A DNA stretch of 64,000 nucleotides from the human T2T-CHM13v2.0 reference genome, Homo sapiens, in assembly GCF_009914755.1 (NCBI RefSeq), contig NC_060945.1; one strand, 5' to 3'. Position 1 is the stretch's first letter. The number at the start of each line of letters is the position of its first letter. This document shows positions 12,023 through 30,152 of this stretch, piece by piece. The notes under the pieces were generated by a model. The model was given only the letters and a program-made list of their open reading frames with translations. It did no database searches and had not been told where the DNA came from. A program made the translations under genes and the position numbers.

Positions 12023-12570
12023 TGTATTAGTTAGGGTTCTGCAGAGAAGCAGAACCAATAGGATATATATAGAGATATATAAAAGGAGATTCATTATGAA
12101 ATTGGTTCAAGCAAATACAAAGGCTGAGAAGTCCCGTGATATGCCAGTGAGCAAACTGGAGAACCAGGAAAGCCAGTGGTATAATTCATTCTGAGTACAA
12201 AGGCTCAGAACAGGAGGAGCCAATGGTGTAACTCTTAGTCCCAGTACAAAGCCAAGAGTCTGAGAGGGGAGGGGCTGCTGGTATAAGTGCCAGAGTCTAA
12301 AGGCTGGAGGATCACAAGCTCCAACGTCCAAGAGCAGAAGATGGAGAAAATGAATTTGCCCTTCCTCTGCCTTTTTGTGCTATCTTGGGCCTCACAGATT
12401 GGATAATGCCTGTTCTCATTGGTAAGGGCAGATCTTCTTTACTCAATCTACTGATTCAAAAGCTAATCTATTCCAGAAACATCCTCACAGACACATCCCA
12501 AAATAATATTGTATTAGCTATCTGGTGTTCCTTAGCCAAGTCAAGTTGACACACAAATTTAACTATCACA
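12023..12570 (-). mobile_element. MLT2 (MLT2B/C-like) solo LTR
   Basis: TGTATTAGTTAGGGTTCT...CAAGTTGACACACAAATTTAACTATCACA; TSD ATATG/GTATG. Confidence 0.9.
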
Positions 12571-12575
12571 GTATG

Positions 12576-12938
12576 TGATATAGCTTGGCTGTGTCCCCAC
12601 CCAAATCTCATCTTGAATTGTGGGTCCCATAATCCCCATGTGTCATGGGTGGGACCCAGTGGGAAGTAACTGAATCATGGGGGCAGTTACCCTCATGCTA
12701 TTCTTGTGATAGTGAGTGAGTTCACACGAGATCTGATGGTTTTATAAGGGTTTTTTTCCTTCCTTCACTCCTGCCACCATGTGAAGAAGGACCTGTTTGC
12801 TTCCCCTTCCACCATGATTGTAAGTTTCATGAGGCTTCCCCAGCCATGTGGGACTATTAGTCAATTAAACCTCTTTCCTTTATAAACTACCCTGTCTTGG
12901 GTATGTTTTTATTAGTAGCATGAGAATGGACTAATACA
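12576..12938 (+). mobile_element. THE1 (THE1C/D-like) solo LTR
   Basis: TGATATAGCTTGGCTGTGTCCCCACCCAAATCTC...GAGAATGGACTAATACA; TSD GTATG/GTGTG. Confidence 0.93.
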
Positions 12939-14639
12939 GTGTGAAAATACATAGCTTTTCTTAGGGGCATAGGAGATAGACAAATTTTAATGTTCTGATA
13001 AAGCTCTGTTATTGTCAATGAAATGACATAATCATAGTCCTTTATGGAAAGCCATTACACAGGTTCTAGGTATTTTTTCATCAACATTAGAGTTACATGA
13101 AAAACATATCTGCAGTTAGGAAATATTTAGGCTGATGAAGTTAGGACCTGTACTTGCAAGAAATATCAGGGCTTCAGTTTCTAAATTCCTATTAATAAGC
13201 TCTCTAGATGTGGGAATTATATATTTATCAAATTTTACTTTTGAACATTAGCTCTTTGCAGAGGTTTTGAACTTTGCTCTTTGCAAGGAAAATGTCTACT
13301 TACCCTTCATTCCTGTTGTCAGGGAGGAGAAGACCCCCTTGAGTTCCTCAGCAAAGAAATCTAGTTTTAGGTTAGCTATCAACAGTGACAATCAGTGAGT
13401 TTGGGGGAAATATGTGTAATAATTAACTCCCTAAAACTATTTTAGAAGAGAAGGGATAAAAAGTAATTGTAACTAATTTTAACAATTGCGAGGATGAAAC
13501 CAAATCCAAAAGGAAATAGGAGTGAAAATGTCCCTCCTTGCATAGTATTGTATAGCAATCTAGATAACATTTGATTTGGTTTCCTCAGAATAATTAAATT
13601 CTGGCACCTTGTAGGTTACTAAGATGACTAAACCAATGCTCTTGCAAATGATTTAAAGTAAAATAAATTCCGTGAGTAAAATTATATGAATCTAATTAAC
13701 ATGGGAAGTAAATCCTTTAATTAGAAAAGTCAAATAATTATTTTTCTTCAAAGAAATGAAATTACTGCAATTACTTTTTGAACAGATAATACAGAATTAT
13801 TTAATAGATAATTTTAAGGTGCCCACAAGGCAGGAATTTAAGTAGTGAGTAAAATATTTACAGGGGATTCAGGGATTAACTTTCTCCTTTAGGAGATTCC
13901 TTAGAACTTCAGCCTTCATTTACAAATCCTAAAATAGAATGATTGTCTAATGTCAGCGTTTCACTGAACAACTACATAGGCAAATTTATTTTTATCTAAG
14001 AAGTGAAATAATTACTCGCATAGGTTCTTAAGTTACTGATTAAAATGATGTTATTTATAATTCATGTTAATTAAACACATACACACAAAGCCCACTTATT
14101 TTGCCAGTTACATTTCTCAATATTCAGGACATTTCAATTGAACTACAAGTTTTAGAGGGAATTTGAGACTAGACCTGAAGAGGGCTACCTAGTTTCCTAA
14201 ATTCCAGTAAGATACTTAAACCACTAAATTAAGATAATCTAAAAATAGCACAAGGAAACAGTACAAATGTTAAGCAAGACTCTTACTATGAAGCTAGTTA
14301 GAATTGTTAATTAGAGCTGTATATTATTCATTAATGTAAATCACATATAAATAATTTAATACATACGTAGTGCTACTACTGATTATAAAAGTAATCAAAG
14401 CATACACTTGGAATAAATGTATTATCCTTGATACATATGTTCAAACTCAATAAAGATTTTCAGAAATTTATATCTTCCTTTTACAAAGTTATGAGTAATT
14501 ATTTCAAATGACAGGTAACTTTCTTTTTAGGTAAGATACACTGTTCTAGAAAATAAGATGTAGAAAGAGCCTGAATGCAGCAGTCAATACCCAAATTTAA
14601 ATTTTCAATAGTGAATTCCAAAACATTTAGGCAATAGAA

Positions 14640-14880
14640 TGTTAGGTTTAAAAAAGTGGACTCTGTTATTAGACAGAGAGACATTTGAATTTGTTCTTTG
14701 CCCCTTACTATGTGACCTTCAGTAAAGTACTTGACCTATCTAAGCCTCAATTTCCTATTGTGAAATGCATAGTAATTGTAACAATTTGGTAGATTGTTGA
14801 AATAATTGAAATAATTATATGTAACTTGCTCAGCATAGTGCTTACCGAGTATCTTAACATATGTGGTCTGTTATTATCAT
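14640..14880 (+). mobile_element. MIR (MIRb-like)
   Basis: CTTACTATGTGACCTTCAGTAAAGTACTTGACCTATCTAAGCCTCAATTTCC core. Confidence 0.8.
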
Positions 14881-16569
14881 AGTAATTTTTCATACAGAGT
14901 TAGACACGAAAAATGAAAGACAGCATGTGAATGGTGTCAGTCTTAAAATATTTGAGGCTTTCATATTTAATTAGGCCAGAAAAAATATTGGAGACACGTA
15001 CGTTTCTCACCTACCCCAACTTCCTTGGGAGAAATGAAGTTGTGCTAAACCTCTTTATAAAGGAAAAGCAACTTATTACGTTGGAATGGGTGCTGATGGG
15101 GACTTGTCATTAAAAACCCTAGATAGTATGCTATGTACAGGAGATCACTTAAGTTTCAATGTGTGATTATCTTTCCAGGAAGTTTAGGAATGCAAAGCGA
15201 TGTATAATGTTTGATTTGTGAAAGTAACAATCTTATAGTAGTTATTAATAATGCAATAGAGTTTAAAATCCTGTAGCAAAAAATTTTGTTTCTGCAAGAA
15301 GATAAAGCAGTTGGGCTAATAAGAAATGGGCTCCCACTTCTAATAGGAAGTCCTTGATTTCAGCAAGAAGGCAACAACCTAAGCCTTCTACTTCTAGGGG
15401 ATATTTGTTGGTAAGAAGGAGGTGACGATTTCTAAAAACCACTAAAAATGGCCGAATCCTTATCAATAGATGGACACATAATTGACATAATCTACTTTTG
15501 TTGTTTAAATTCTGTGGCCTGAGCACTTAGATAACTTTTGAATAACCAACTGATTTTGGGAGCCCAGAAACTTTTGAGTATAATTCTAGAAAAATGAACA
15601 TCATCTCCATCCGTTGTTATACCCTTTAGTAAGAAAGATCCTTATTCAGACTGAGCGTATACTGCATTGAGACGAAGCCCAGGAGGTTAGTGTAAGTGTG
15701 CTTGGTGCTACCATTTCCTTCTTTGTCCACTAATCAGAAATAAAATGACATAATTTTTGATAGCCTTATATTAAGGTATAAGGAGGATTGAGGTTAAGGC
15801 GTTCTTCACATTTATTTTGTCATTTAGCTAACTCAGACGCCATCTGGAAGGAGCTGTTGGAACCTTGTGCATGAATGAAAAAAATAATTGGGGAATTAGG
15901 GAGCTCAAGCATTCTTTGGTAAGTCACAAAGTGGTATATTTGGGAAGGCATGACAAAGCTTACTTTTGGCATCTATCTTCAGGGTGGGAAATTTTCGTTC
16001 TTTTAGACTATATTCAGTCAGTTTAGTCAATTTACTCATATTGAATGCACACTATGCCAGAACTGTGTTAGGTCTTTGAGGTTTCAAGAATCTCAAGTGG
16101 TTCTCAAATAGATGAAATTCAGCAATGGTTGCTGGATATCTTTTAATCAAAGGCAGAAGTAGAACTCCAGAGGAGTTACGGTTGTTTTCACAAAGTGGTC
16201 GGACAAAGTGTTTCCATTCATGAAATTTCTGACACGGGGTAGCTGCTAGACTTGTGAGAGATGAGCCTGTCACTAACAATAGAAAATATTAGAATTAACA
16301 TTTTACTGCAAAAACTATGTATTTCACAGCCACAGAATGGATTAAGCGTTAGTTCTAACAATGTCTCCATAACACCCATAGAAGAGAATCTCAACCCTAA
16401 CAGACCCATGGTACTTTTCCCAAAATAAAATTCCTGGTTGGAGAACACATGCAGACTGCTATACAGCTGCCAAAAATACCATGAGCAACTATTTCTTTTG
16501 ATCATGTGAGTTTTCTAAAGTGAAAAATATATCTTATGATGATTATATCATTTTAATTTTCATGAAATA

Positions 16570-18000
16570 AAATTTATCTTTTTTATTTTGTTGTTATTTA
16601 TTATTTGTCTTGTTTCTTTGATAGTAAAGATACTCTCGTTAGCTTTCTTCTAGGACCTTCATAGTCTAGCATTTACGTTTAAGTCAATGATGTGTCTTTG
16701 ATTGTGCTTTTGTATATGTATATGGTGTGCATAGGTATATAAAGTGTACAAGGTCAAGTTTAGTTTTATTCCATGTGGATATTCATTTACTCCAGCATTA
16801 TGGTTGCAATAAATTTTCCCCCAGTTAATTTGATGCATTTATAAAAATCAACTTATCTTATAAGGGTGCATCCATTTCTGAACTCTTTAATCTGTTCCAG
16901 TTATCAACAGGTCTACTCTTTTTTTTTTTTCTTTTTCTTTTGAGACAGAGTCTTGCTCTGTCGCCCAGTCTGGAGTGCAGTGGCACTATCTTGGCTCATT
17001 GCAACCTCTGCCTCCCAAGTTCAAGCGATTCTCATGACTCAGCCTCTCGAGTAGCTGGGACTGCAGAGGCGCACCATCATGCCTGGCTAATTTTTGTATT
17101 TTTAGTAGAGAGAGGGTTTCACCATGTTGGCCAGGCTAGTCTCGAACTCCTGGCCTCAAGTGATCCACCTGCCTCATCCTCCCAAAGTGCTGGGATTACA
17201 GGCAAATGTGTCTACTCTTAAGTCAATATCTCATGTCCTGGTTACTGTTTCTTTAAAGCAAATGCATATGTCTAATAATTAAAATGCTGCAAATGTGTTG
17301 ATTTATTTTCATAATTTTTGGTCTTATTCTAGAATGTTTACCTTTCATATAAATTTTACAATTGACTTGTCAAAGTATGCTGGTATTTTCATGGGAATTG
17401 TTTTAAATATATCAATAAATCTAAGAAGAACTATTGATTCTTCAGACTTGTTACTTCTCTGCGAACATGATACATCTCTCCATTTATTTTGATTATCTAA
17501 AATTGGCTCAGAGAAGTTTTGTAATTTTCAGTGTAAAGGTCTCACACATAATTAATTAAATTTATTTCTAGGAATGTTGTTTGATGCTATAATACATGAA
17601 TTTTTAAAAACCAGTAGTTTATTAATAGCTTATAATAATACTATCGATTTTTATATTTTGATATTTTATTCTGTGATGTTTAAATATTACTCATTATGTA
17701 GGTAGTTTCTTGGTAATTTCTTTTTTATATGTAGATTATCATGTTCTCTGAGAGAGATATAATTTTGCCACTTTCCTGTATTTATGGCTTATATACATTT
17801 TTCTGCCTCATTGCATTGGATTGAACCTCTAGAGCAATATGGAAAATGAGTTGTCAGAGAAAATATTCTCAGTGTTAATGAGAATGAGTTCAATATTTCA
17901 CCATTAAATGTAGTCTTAGCAGTAGGTTTTTTTTTGGATACCATTTTCTTCTATTCTATCTGTTGCTCATAAGTTTTATTCTGAATTATTAAATTTAGTC
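16570..18000 (-). mobile_element. Ancient L1M (L1MC/ME-like) ORF2 fragment, interrupted by an Alu
   Basis: Degenerate T-rich reverse ORF2 motifs (CCATGTGGATATTCATTTACTCCAGCA; TTTCACCATTAAATGTA..TTAGCAGTAGGTTT). Confidence 0.7.
16919..17203 (-). mobile_element. AluS (AluSx/Sz-like)
   Basis: Poly-T followed by GAGACAGAGTCTTGCTCTGTCGCCCAG...GGGATTACAGGC; TSD GTCTACTCTT at 16911 and 17210. Confidence 0.95.
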
Positions 18001-18135
18001 ATTTTTTCTTTCTCGAGTGGAACACAAGACTTTTCTTTCTCTTTCTATGTAGTACATTCAGCAGTTCATTGAATAAACTCCTATGATAGTACCCTTAATA
18101 TTTTACCTAAGTTATTCAATTATTTATCTGTACTG

Positions 18136-18536
18136 TGCAGTAATCAGAGTTCTGCAAATAAACAGAAACAATAGAGTGTTTGTGTCTGTAGAAAGAGATT
18201 TGTTTTAAAGAATTGGCTCACCCGATTGTGGAGGCTAGCAAATGCAAACTCTGCAGGGTGGGCTGGCAGGTGGGAGACCCAGAGGAGAGTTCATGCTGCA
18301 GTTCAAAGGCAAAGACTACCTGCTGTAGAATTCCTCTCACTCATGTGAGATCTATCTATTGTTCTATTCAGTCACCTTCAACTGATTGGATGAGACTCAT
18401 CCACATAATGAAGGACCCAATGCTTTACTCAAAGTTCACTGAGTAAATGTTAATCTCATCTAAAAACACAGAAACATCCATGATAATCTTTGACCACACA
18501 TCTGGGCACTGTTGACACCTAAAATTAACCATCACA
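18136..18536 (-). mobile_element. MLT2D-like solo LTR
   Basis: AATTGGCTCACCCGATTGTGGAGGCT...TTGACACCTAAAATTAACCATCACA. Confidence 0.88.
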
Positions 18537-18620
18537 TGTTATTGCTATTTCCTTCAATGGCTGTGCATTCACCATGTTTTACACTTTAATTATATACTAT
18601 TTTTATTTGATAGTTCACCT

Positions 18621-19103
18621 TGAAATCAGCCTGATTTCCCCATAGAACTGATGTTTATGGTTTTCCTTGAATGAACATAGAAATTTACCTTCCTTGTCTT
18701 AGAGCTTGAAAAAATTACATTTGTCTTATCTTAGTTCCTTTCTCAGCAAATCGACCATCAGGTTTCCTGACAGTATCAAGGAACTGAAACTTACCAGATC
18801 AGTGCATCTGGCCAATGAGACGTAAGATCTCCATCCATCACGATTGCCTAACAGACCACCTGCTACCCATTGACCAACTCCTCTTTCGTACACTTCCTTA
18901 ATTTCTGTTTTTCTACATGTAGTTACATTTCTTCCCTGCTCTATAAACCCTTAATTTTAGTCACTTGAAGAAATGGATTTGAGATTAATCTTCCATTCTC
19001 CTTGACTGTAGCACTCACATAAAGCCTTCTTTCCTGGAAATACTCATTGTCTCAGTGATTGGCTTTCTGTGTGGTGAGCAAAATCCCTAGTGTTTCAGTA
19101 ACA
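18621..19103 (+). mobile_element. ERV1 solo LTR, MER39B-like
   Basis: TG...CA termini; CCCATAGAACTGATGTTTA, CAGTATCAAGGAACTGAAACTTACCAGATC and TGTTTCAGTAACA match the recalled MER39B consensus. Confidence 0.8.
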
Positions 19104-20699
19104 ATTTAATAAAGCAGGATTTAAAAAAAAAATAAATGCACTGTATGAATCTTGTAGCATGAATAGCAAGGAATTAAGAAAAACTAAACTCCCCACGCAT
19201 ATCCTTTTTCAGGAAGGGAAAATCAATATCTTACAGTACAGTTTTCATTCTAAGAAATACTACACATTTTATGTTATAAGCAAAATTTTATGGAATAGTT
19301 TATGAAATAAAATTGAACCTCACAGTTTTAAATTTCTTTGTACAATAATGTTTCCTTTAGACACTTCCCCATCCTCCTTTTAATTATATAGTAAAACTAT
19401 ATAATTTTTGTCATAACTTAAAGTCGATTTATTTTCAGTGCCTTTTAAAAGTTATCAACGATCTTTGGATACTATAGTTGCCCTGAGTTCAACTTCATGT
19501 TTTATAAAATAGGCACAATCTTCCTTTATGGGAGGAGGAGTTTCTTTCTATGTCTTTGGTTATCAGAATTAGAAAAACTGCCTTGATCAGCATATATTAA
19601 ATTTTTTAAAGTTAAGTTTTTCATCACTTGTGAGACTAATTTTATTGTATTCTTCACGTGATGATGATTATGATGTGACTTCAATTTACCCTTCCTAATG
19701 TGATTGTAAATTTTCATGTAATGAAAGAAGAGGCACAACCAAGATTACTGCACAGCATTGGTAACATGTAGAAAATATATTTCATATTTTGAGAAGAGAC
19801 AAACTCTTAGCTCTCAAGGTCACAGAATGCTGACAGTTAATTGGTCTTTTGAGAAATAAAATCTTGAAAGAAGACTAAAAATTGCATTCAAGTATTACTC
19901 AAGATTGTGTATAATAGCAATATGAAAACACAATGTGGTAAATTATAATTAATTATAATTGTTTGTTTCTACAAATCGTTGCTACATACAAGAAAGTGTG
20001 ATGTAGACTAGTAATTTATGCTTGGAATTGCTGTTTTTTTAACTACCTGTCCAATAAAGGTTTACTTCAGGAGGGTATATTACACCTAGAAGAAAATTTA
20101 TTTAATTAGATAAATCACTATTAGACATAATCAAGCAAATATTGAGTTTGTAAATGGCCATATATAAGGAAAGAACACCATTATATTTGAATAACATTGT
20201 TAAAATAAAATAAAATAAAACTTTTGAAACATTTAAGCAGACTTTATTAAAAATATTTTTAAGATATTGAGAATTTGAACATGGCCTATGAAAAATAAAA
20301 AGCAGAAGTGCAAGCAAGAAAAACAGTTGTACAAGTGGCTTTCAAAAAAAAATTGCTTGCCTAAAGAGTTTGGTTTGTAGAGCATCAAGAAAATCACGCA
20401 TTTAAGATTCACCAAGGTTGAAATGAAGGAAAAAAAAATTTTAAGGGCAGCCAGAGAGAAAGGTCAGGTTACCCACAAAGGGAAGCCCATCAGACTAACA
20501 ATGGATCTCTCAGCAGAAACTCTATAAGCCAGAGAGAGTGAGGGCCAATATTCAACATTCTGAAAGAAAAGAATTTTCAATCCAGAATTTCATATCCACC
20601 CAAACTGAGCTTCATAAGAGAAGGAGAAATAAAATCCTTTACAGACAAGCAAATGCTGAGAGACTTTGTCAAATCTCTCACATAATTTTTTAACATATT

Positions 20700-24852
<4,153 letters not shown>

Positions 24853-27800
24853 ACAATAAGAACACTTGGACATGGAGGGGAACATCACACGCCAGGGCCT
24901 GTCGATGGGTAGGAGGCTGGGGGAGGGATAGCATTAGGAGAAATACCTAATGTAGATGATGGGTTGATGGTGCAGCAAACCACCATGGCATGTGTATACC
25001 TATGTAACAAACCTGCACGTTCTGCACATGTATCCCAGAATGAAAAGTATAATAATAATAATAATAATAATAAACTAAGTTCCTACTTACCTATCATGGA
25101 GCTATAATTTGAGGACAAGAATGCATTCTTTTGAGTAATAAGTCTTGATAAATCCAATACTGAGAAGAAAATAGCAGATAGAGTGGTTTACCTTTGATTA
25201 TTTTGTTACAAAATACCTAACATACCAGAGTTTAAAAAATTGTCTGACTTGGAAAAATGTTTTAGGGAAGAGATGAAAAGGGAAGAAATAAAGTAGAATT
25301 CCTAAATCTAAAATATACAGATTCAATCAGTGGGGGAAAATTGTGTGTCTGTGTAAAGAGGAAGGTGGGGCCCAATCAGGAGCTAGAACCAGGGACCTAA
25401 GACTTTTGTTGTGGGAATGATAATATGATAAAGATATTTTATAATATTGTCCTATGGATGCTACCAATAAACGAATCTAAGAAGTTAGTGGAGTGAAAAT
25501 AAGCGGGAGATTATGGTTGCATGACCTGAGAGAAACTGAAAGTATGTCAAAAAGTGTATTTGTGTAGTTTTAGTTTTAGTTTTTTAAAACAGAAGAGAAA
25601 AAGAAAGACAAGAGAGGAGAGACAGAGAGACAGTGGAGGTAAAGAGAAAGAGAACTTTTGAAAGTTCCACAAAAAGTTGAAGAGACCATATTTACATAAA
25701 AATTACAAAATTATAGGATATATAGTTGGTTATTTAAACTCTACAGATTTCTATATTCAAAAGGATTACAACTTTTGAGGTCTTATGTTTGTTTTTAGAT
25801 CCTTAGAGATTTGGAAGGCTTACAATGACTATTGACCATCCCTATTTCAACCCACTCATTTTTGGACAAGAAACAGAGAGGCTCCTTTTGTGATATCAGT
25901 GAATGATTTAACCTCAGTGCTATAGTTTTTCCTCTGTTCTCCCACTACAGCATCACACTGGCAAAATAGACAACTGCTTTATTTCAATTATGGTGACACA
26001 GCCAATTCAGGTTGGTATAATATTGATATACAATTGCAGGTTACTGAAGAAGATACTTCTCTTGTTTATTCATTATCTATAATGTCTTTCACTGGCTCAG
26101 CCTCCTTAGACCTCTCTGGAGACTAATTTCTGGTGCATAAACAGAAGAGAGAAATCCAGGAAAGCATTCAGTTTTTCAAACAAAAAAAAATCAACAAAAA
26201 GTTTTGCCTTTTTTTATTTGCTTCATCAATTATTTCTACAAACTTTTATTATATACATTTAGAAGTCTCATATTTGATTTACAAATTGAGAAATGAACCA
26301 CAGCTTCAAAAACATAATACAAGAAAAGCTTCAAAGGAGAATAATTGTTTTCTTTACCCACACCCAATGTTTCATTTATTTCATTTAGCAATAAACGAGT
26401 AATTGTACTTTGGGTATACACTTTGTCCCCTGCCTTTTAATTTACCCTCTATCATACCTCCAGGTGGTACCATATGTAATTCTACTTTGACGGTGCAAGC
26501 TGCACCCTGTTAGGTTTCAAAAATATGTTCTGGTAATAACTTTCAGTTTAGAAAAGCAAAACAAAATGTGGAGTACGCAGGCGTAGTCATAAGTTACGAC
26601 TTCCTCTGAATGAAAGAAATCATTCTGGTGCTAATAAAATTTGCATGTATATAAAGTAGAAAATCACATGCTTTAACATAAATACCGGAGGAAAAAGCAA
26701 TTGCAGCTGGCTGTTGAAAGCCTTGGCTCTTATGTCCACCCGGCTAATATATGCAGCCCTAACTACAGCTGCACTGCCAGCAGTTTTCCTTTATTTTTCA
26801 ATTACAGTTTGGAGGCAGGAAGAGGGCATGTATATTATAGAATTCTTTTGGATGTAAATAAATGTTTGTAATAAAAGAAGGAGATCACTTCCTTCTTAAG
26901 TGCTTGAATGCCTAAATTTAGGCTTTGGGCTTTACAAAGTTATGGTTTATAGTTCCTTATCTAAATTTAATTATGCAATCTGATGTGTTCCATTTTAGAA
27001 TTTTCCTGAGGTTCTGTTTATTGCCCTTGGCCTTCAGGCAACATTTTTTTGTCACAAAAGAATTACCTAAATTATTAATATGCTCTGTTTTTTAGGATAT
27101 AAAAATATTAAATTTTACATTTAGCTTTTGAAAATGATTGGGACAATTCTAGAAGCTTTGTAGTAAATCATCAGATAATTCCCCTCTGGTTTATATTGCC
27201 TTGCTCCTCATATAAGCTATTATTATAATATTCATTACAATTGTTCAAACTTTGATTTAAATCAGGAAGAAAGTATACAATACAAGAGCCACATATTATG
27301 ATAGATTTTAGTGGGGAGTTAATATAATTAAGGAGCAAAGTTATTTTGGGGATCCTCCTGTAAACTGATTTGTAATTTTGTGGGGAAGACAAACAAATAT
27401 GCAGTAAGTAATTCACCCTATTTCTGTTGGCCATAAAAATAACTGTCTCGTTATTGTAGCCTATCTCTGCAAATAGTCTTGTGTCTTTATTAAATAGTTT
27501 TGTACCTATATTAAAGTTAAAAATAGCTCTATCTTTTTCCATGTTTCCAATAAGTAAATGATTCTGAATTTTCTCAATTACCTTGAAAGCAGAAATAGTA
27601 ATAGAATCATTGTTAACCTTTGGTAAATTTCATAAATTGTCCTAAATATATTTTACATTGTTATTTATTTGGGTCTAAAACAAAGGAAAGATAGCCTAGT
27701 TTTTTTGGTAAATTTTCTGGTGAACAAATCTACTAGAGTCATGAATACTATAGAGTCAGGAATACTGGAGCAAGTCAGGATTACTTTGAGAATAGCCTTT

Positions 27801-30103
27801 GTTCTCTTTTAATGAAGGTGTTACTAAGGCCTTGACATCAAGAAATCTCTGTCATCTCTCTCCAACTTTTCTTTGGGCCTTCACATCTTCCTTAGTTAAC
27901 TTTTTCCTTGCATACTATTCCATTCCATGTACTTGACCCTCCTGTATTCCTTATCAATACAGAAAACAAAAAAAAAAGTATGCTTTTTAGGAGCCTCCCT
28001 GTCCTTGCAAACTGTCAAGAATATTGCACAAAGTGTCTATGAACTACAAATTTCTATACAATTATACTGTATACCTAGGTCTAGATGACACGAAGAACTC
28101 TTACCCCAACCGAAAATAAATGAATTATAAGCAAATGCTGAGTTATTTCTCCCTCTGATACTCTGGGTGATGGTTAAGTGTGTATAAAAGAAGCAGTATA
28201 TCTGAAAGTTTTAAAATTTATTTTTCAAAATTATGTTGTCAAGGTCTGCCCAGAGATTTCATGTATATCTCAGTTGAGTTGCACAGACTCTTTATTCTCC
28301 TTTGTTGTTTTCTTTCCTCTGTTGTTGCAATTATCAATAGATAAACTTCATTTTACTTTGCCATTAGAAAGAGAGGAAAGGAAATATGAAAAAATGGGAG
28401 ATAGAGAAGGCATATGATCTTATTCTGAATATTCCACATTTCAGAAAACAAGAGAGCCTCAAAATATAGTATAAAAAACTTTAAATTTATACAATGAAGG
28501 TTTTCCATGGAGATATTTTCCTCTTTGTGGAAAAAAGTATCCATAGAATGATTCTCTGGGGAACCGATTTTTGTATCTTTAAAAAGATTAGTCTAGAAAT
28601 AGAAAAATCACAAGATACGTAAAAATTAGGATAATTTTTTTTCAATACTTCTTACATCTCTATTACCCATGATAGTTGATATATGAAAGATGTCACTGAA
28701 ACACCATTTTATACTGTGAAACAAAACTCCAAAGTGAACTGTCAGAGATAGGACTCATTTTTTCTTGCCAAAGGCAGAAATTTGGGGTTTCAACAGAACT
28801 GTATTAAGGTTGCAAGATGTCTCTAAAAGGAAATTAAGCTGGTTTTGATAACAACAACAACAACAAAAACAAAAAGAATGTCCTATTTGCAGATTTGTAA
28901 TTTCATATCTATGATTTTTTCTATCAATAGTATGTATATATGTTGCTATAGTGTTACATGCATTATTGTTCCCCTACTTAGCCATCACTCTCTTGGTTAT
29001 CTTAGCTGTTGTGTTTAGTATATAGAACTTTTTACAGCCAAATACAAGTTAATGGTCTAAATCTGTAACTATTTATTGTTGTAATTCCTGGAGGGATTGC
29101 TGTCTTCTTAATCTTTCAGTTTTGAAAAAAAAAACAGCATAATATGGTGTTTTTCCTGGTTCCTAAAGCCTAAGTAATGTTTGCTCAAGCTGACAAACCT
29201 GCAGTGCAGAAATAAGGATACCTCAAAGAATAAGTATGTGGGATAGACACGGTGTCTTACACAATCCTATAAATAATCCATATTTTTGAAAACTTAATGA
29301 TAATTTTTATAGAAACTTTTGCAACCAGCCACTCAAATGGCAAAATCACTTGGAGTGTGAAAATTCTGCATGCCCATACCATAGGCAAAATCAATGCAAA
29401 AAGTTGTCTGCTCCTGTAGATCTTTGCTTCCTTTCTCTGCCAGTTAGAAACTAAGAAATGGTTTTATAGCTTGGCCACAGATGAGGGCAAAAAAAAAGGC
29501 AGGAGAATTCACCACAGCCAATAACATGAAGGGAATCAGCGAATCAGCACTCACTGTGGTTGGCCTGATGAGGTGAGGGTGAAGAGCAAGAGAGTGTGGA
29601 CATGCCTTTTTGTGTAACAGTTGGCTGAAGCAAACTGATTAAATGGAAAGTAAAAGGAAAATCATAGGGAGAGACAGAATAATCCATTTTTTTCTCAAGA
29701 TGAAATGGCTTCAGTCAGAAGTTGCTTTAGAAGAAGATCTCATTACGTAAATAACAAAATCAAGATGGAAAGTTTAGGTTATATAAACATTAAGAAATAA
29801 TTGTTGCATCAGAAAAACATACACCTTTAAGAAGGATTACCTGTGATTTTATTTTCATATCACTAAAAAGAATTTTTTTTTTGTTCTATGAGAAAAGAGG
29901 CTGGAGGTAGAAGTAATAAATAAGTCTCATAGTGTGCATGTCATACCTTAACCAAACTAGCCTGAAATTAAATAAACGTATGTTCTAAAAATGAACTTCT
30001 CCCTTTTAGCCTATGGGGTTCAATTCAGGTAGCCAATTATTTGAGTGATATTTCTAAAAATACAGGATACATAGCAAGGGTGCAAATTTAAAGCTAAAAG
30101 AAT

Positions 30104-30137
<34 letters not shown>

Positions 30138-30152
30138 TACACACACATATAT
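30104..30152. repeat. (TA)n(CA)n compound microsatellite
   Basis: Read directly from the sequence. Confidence 0.95.
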
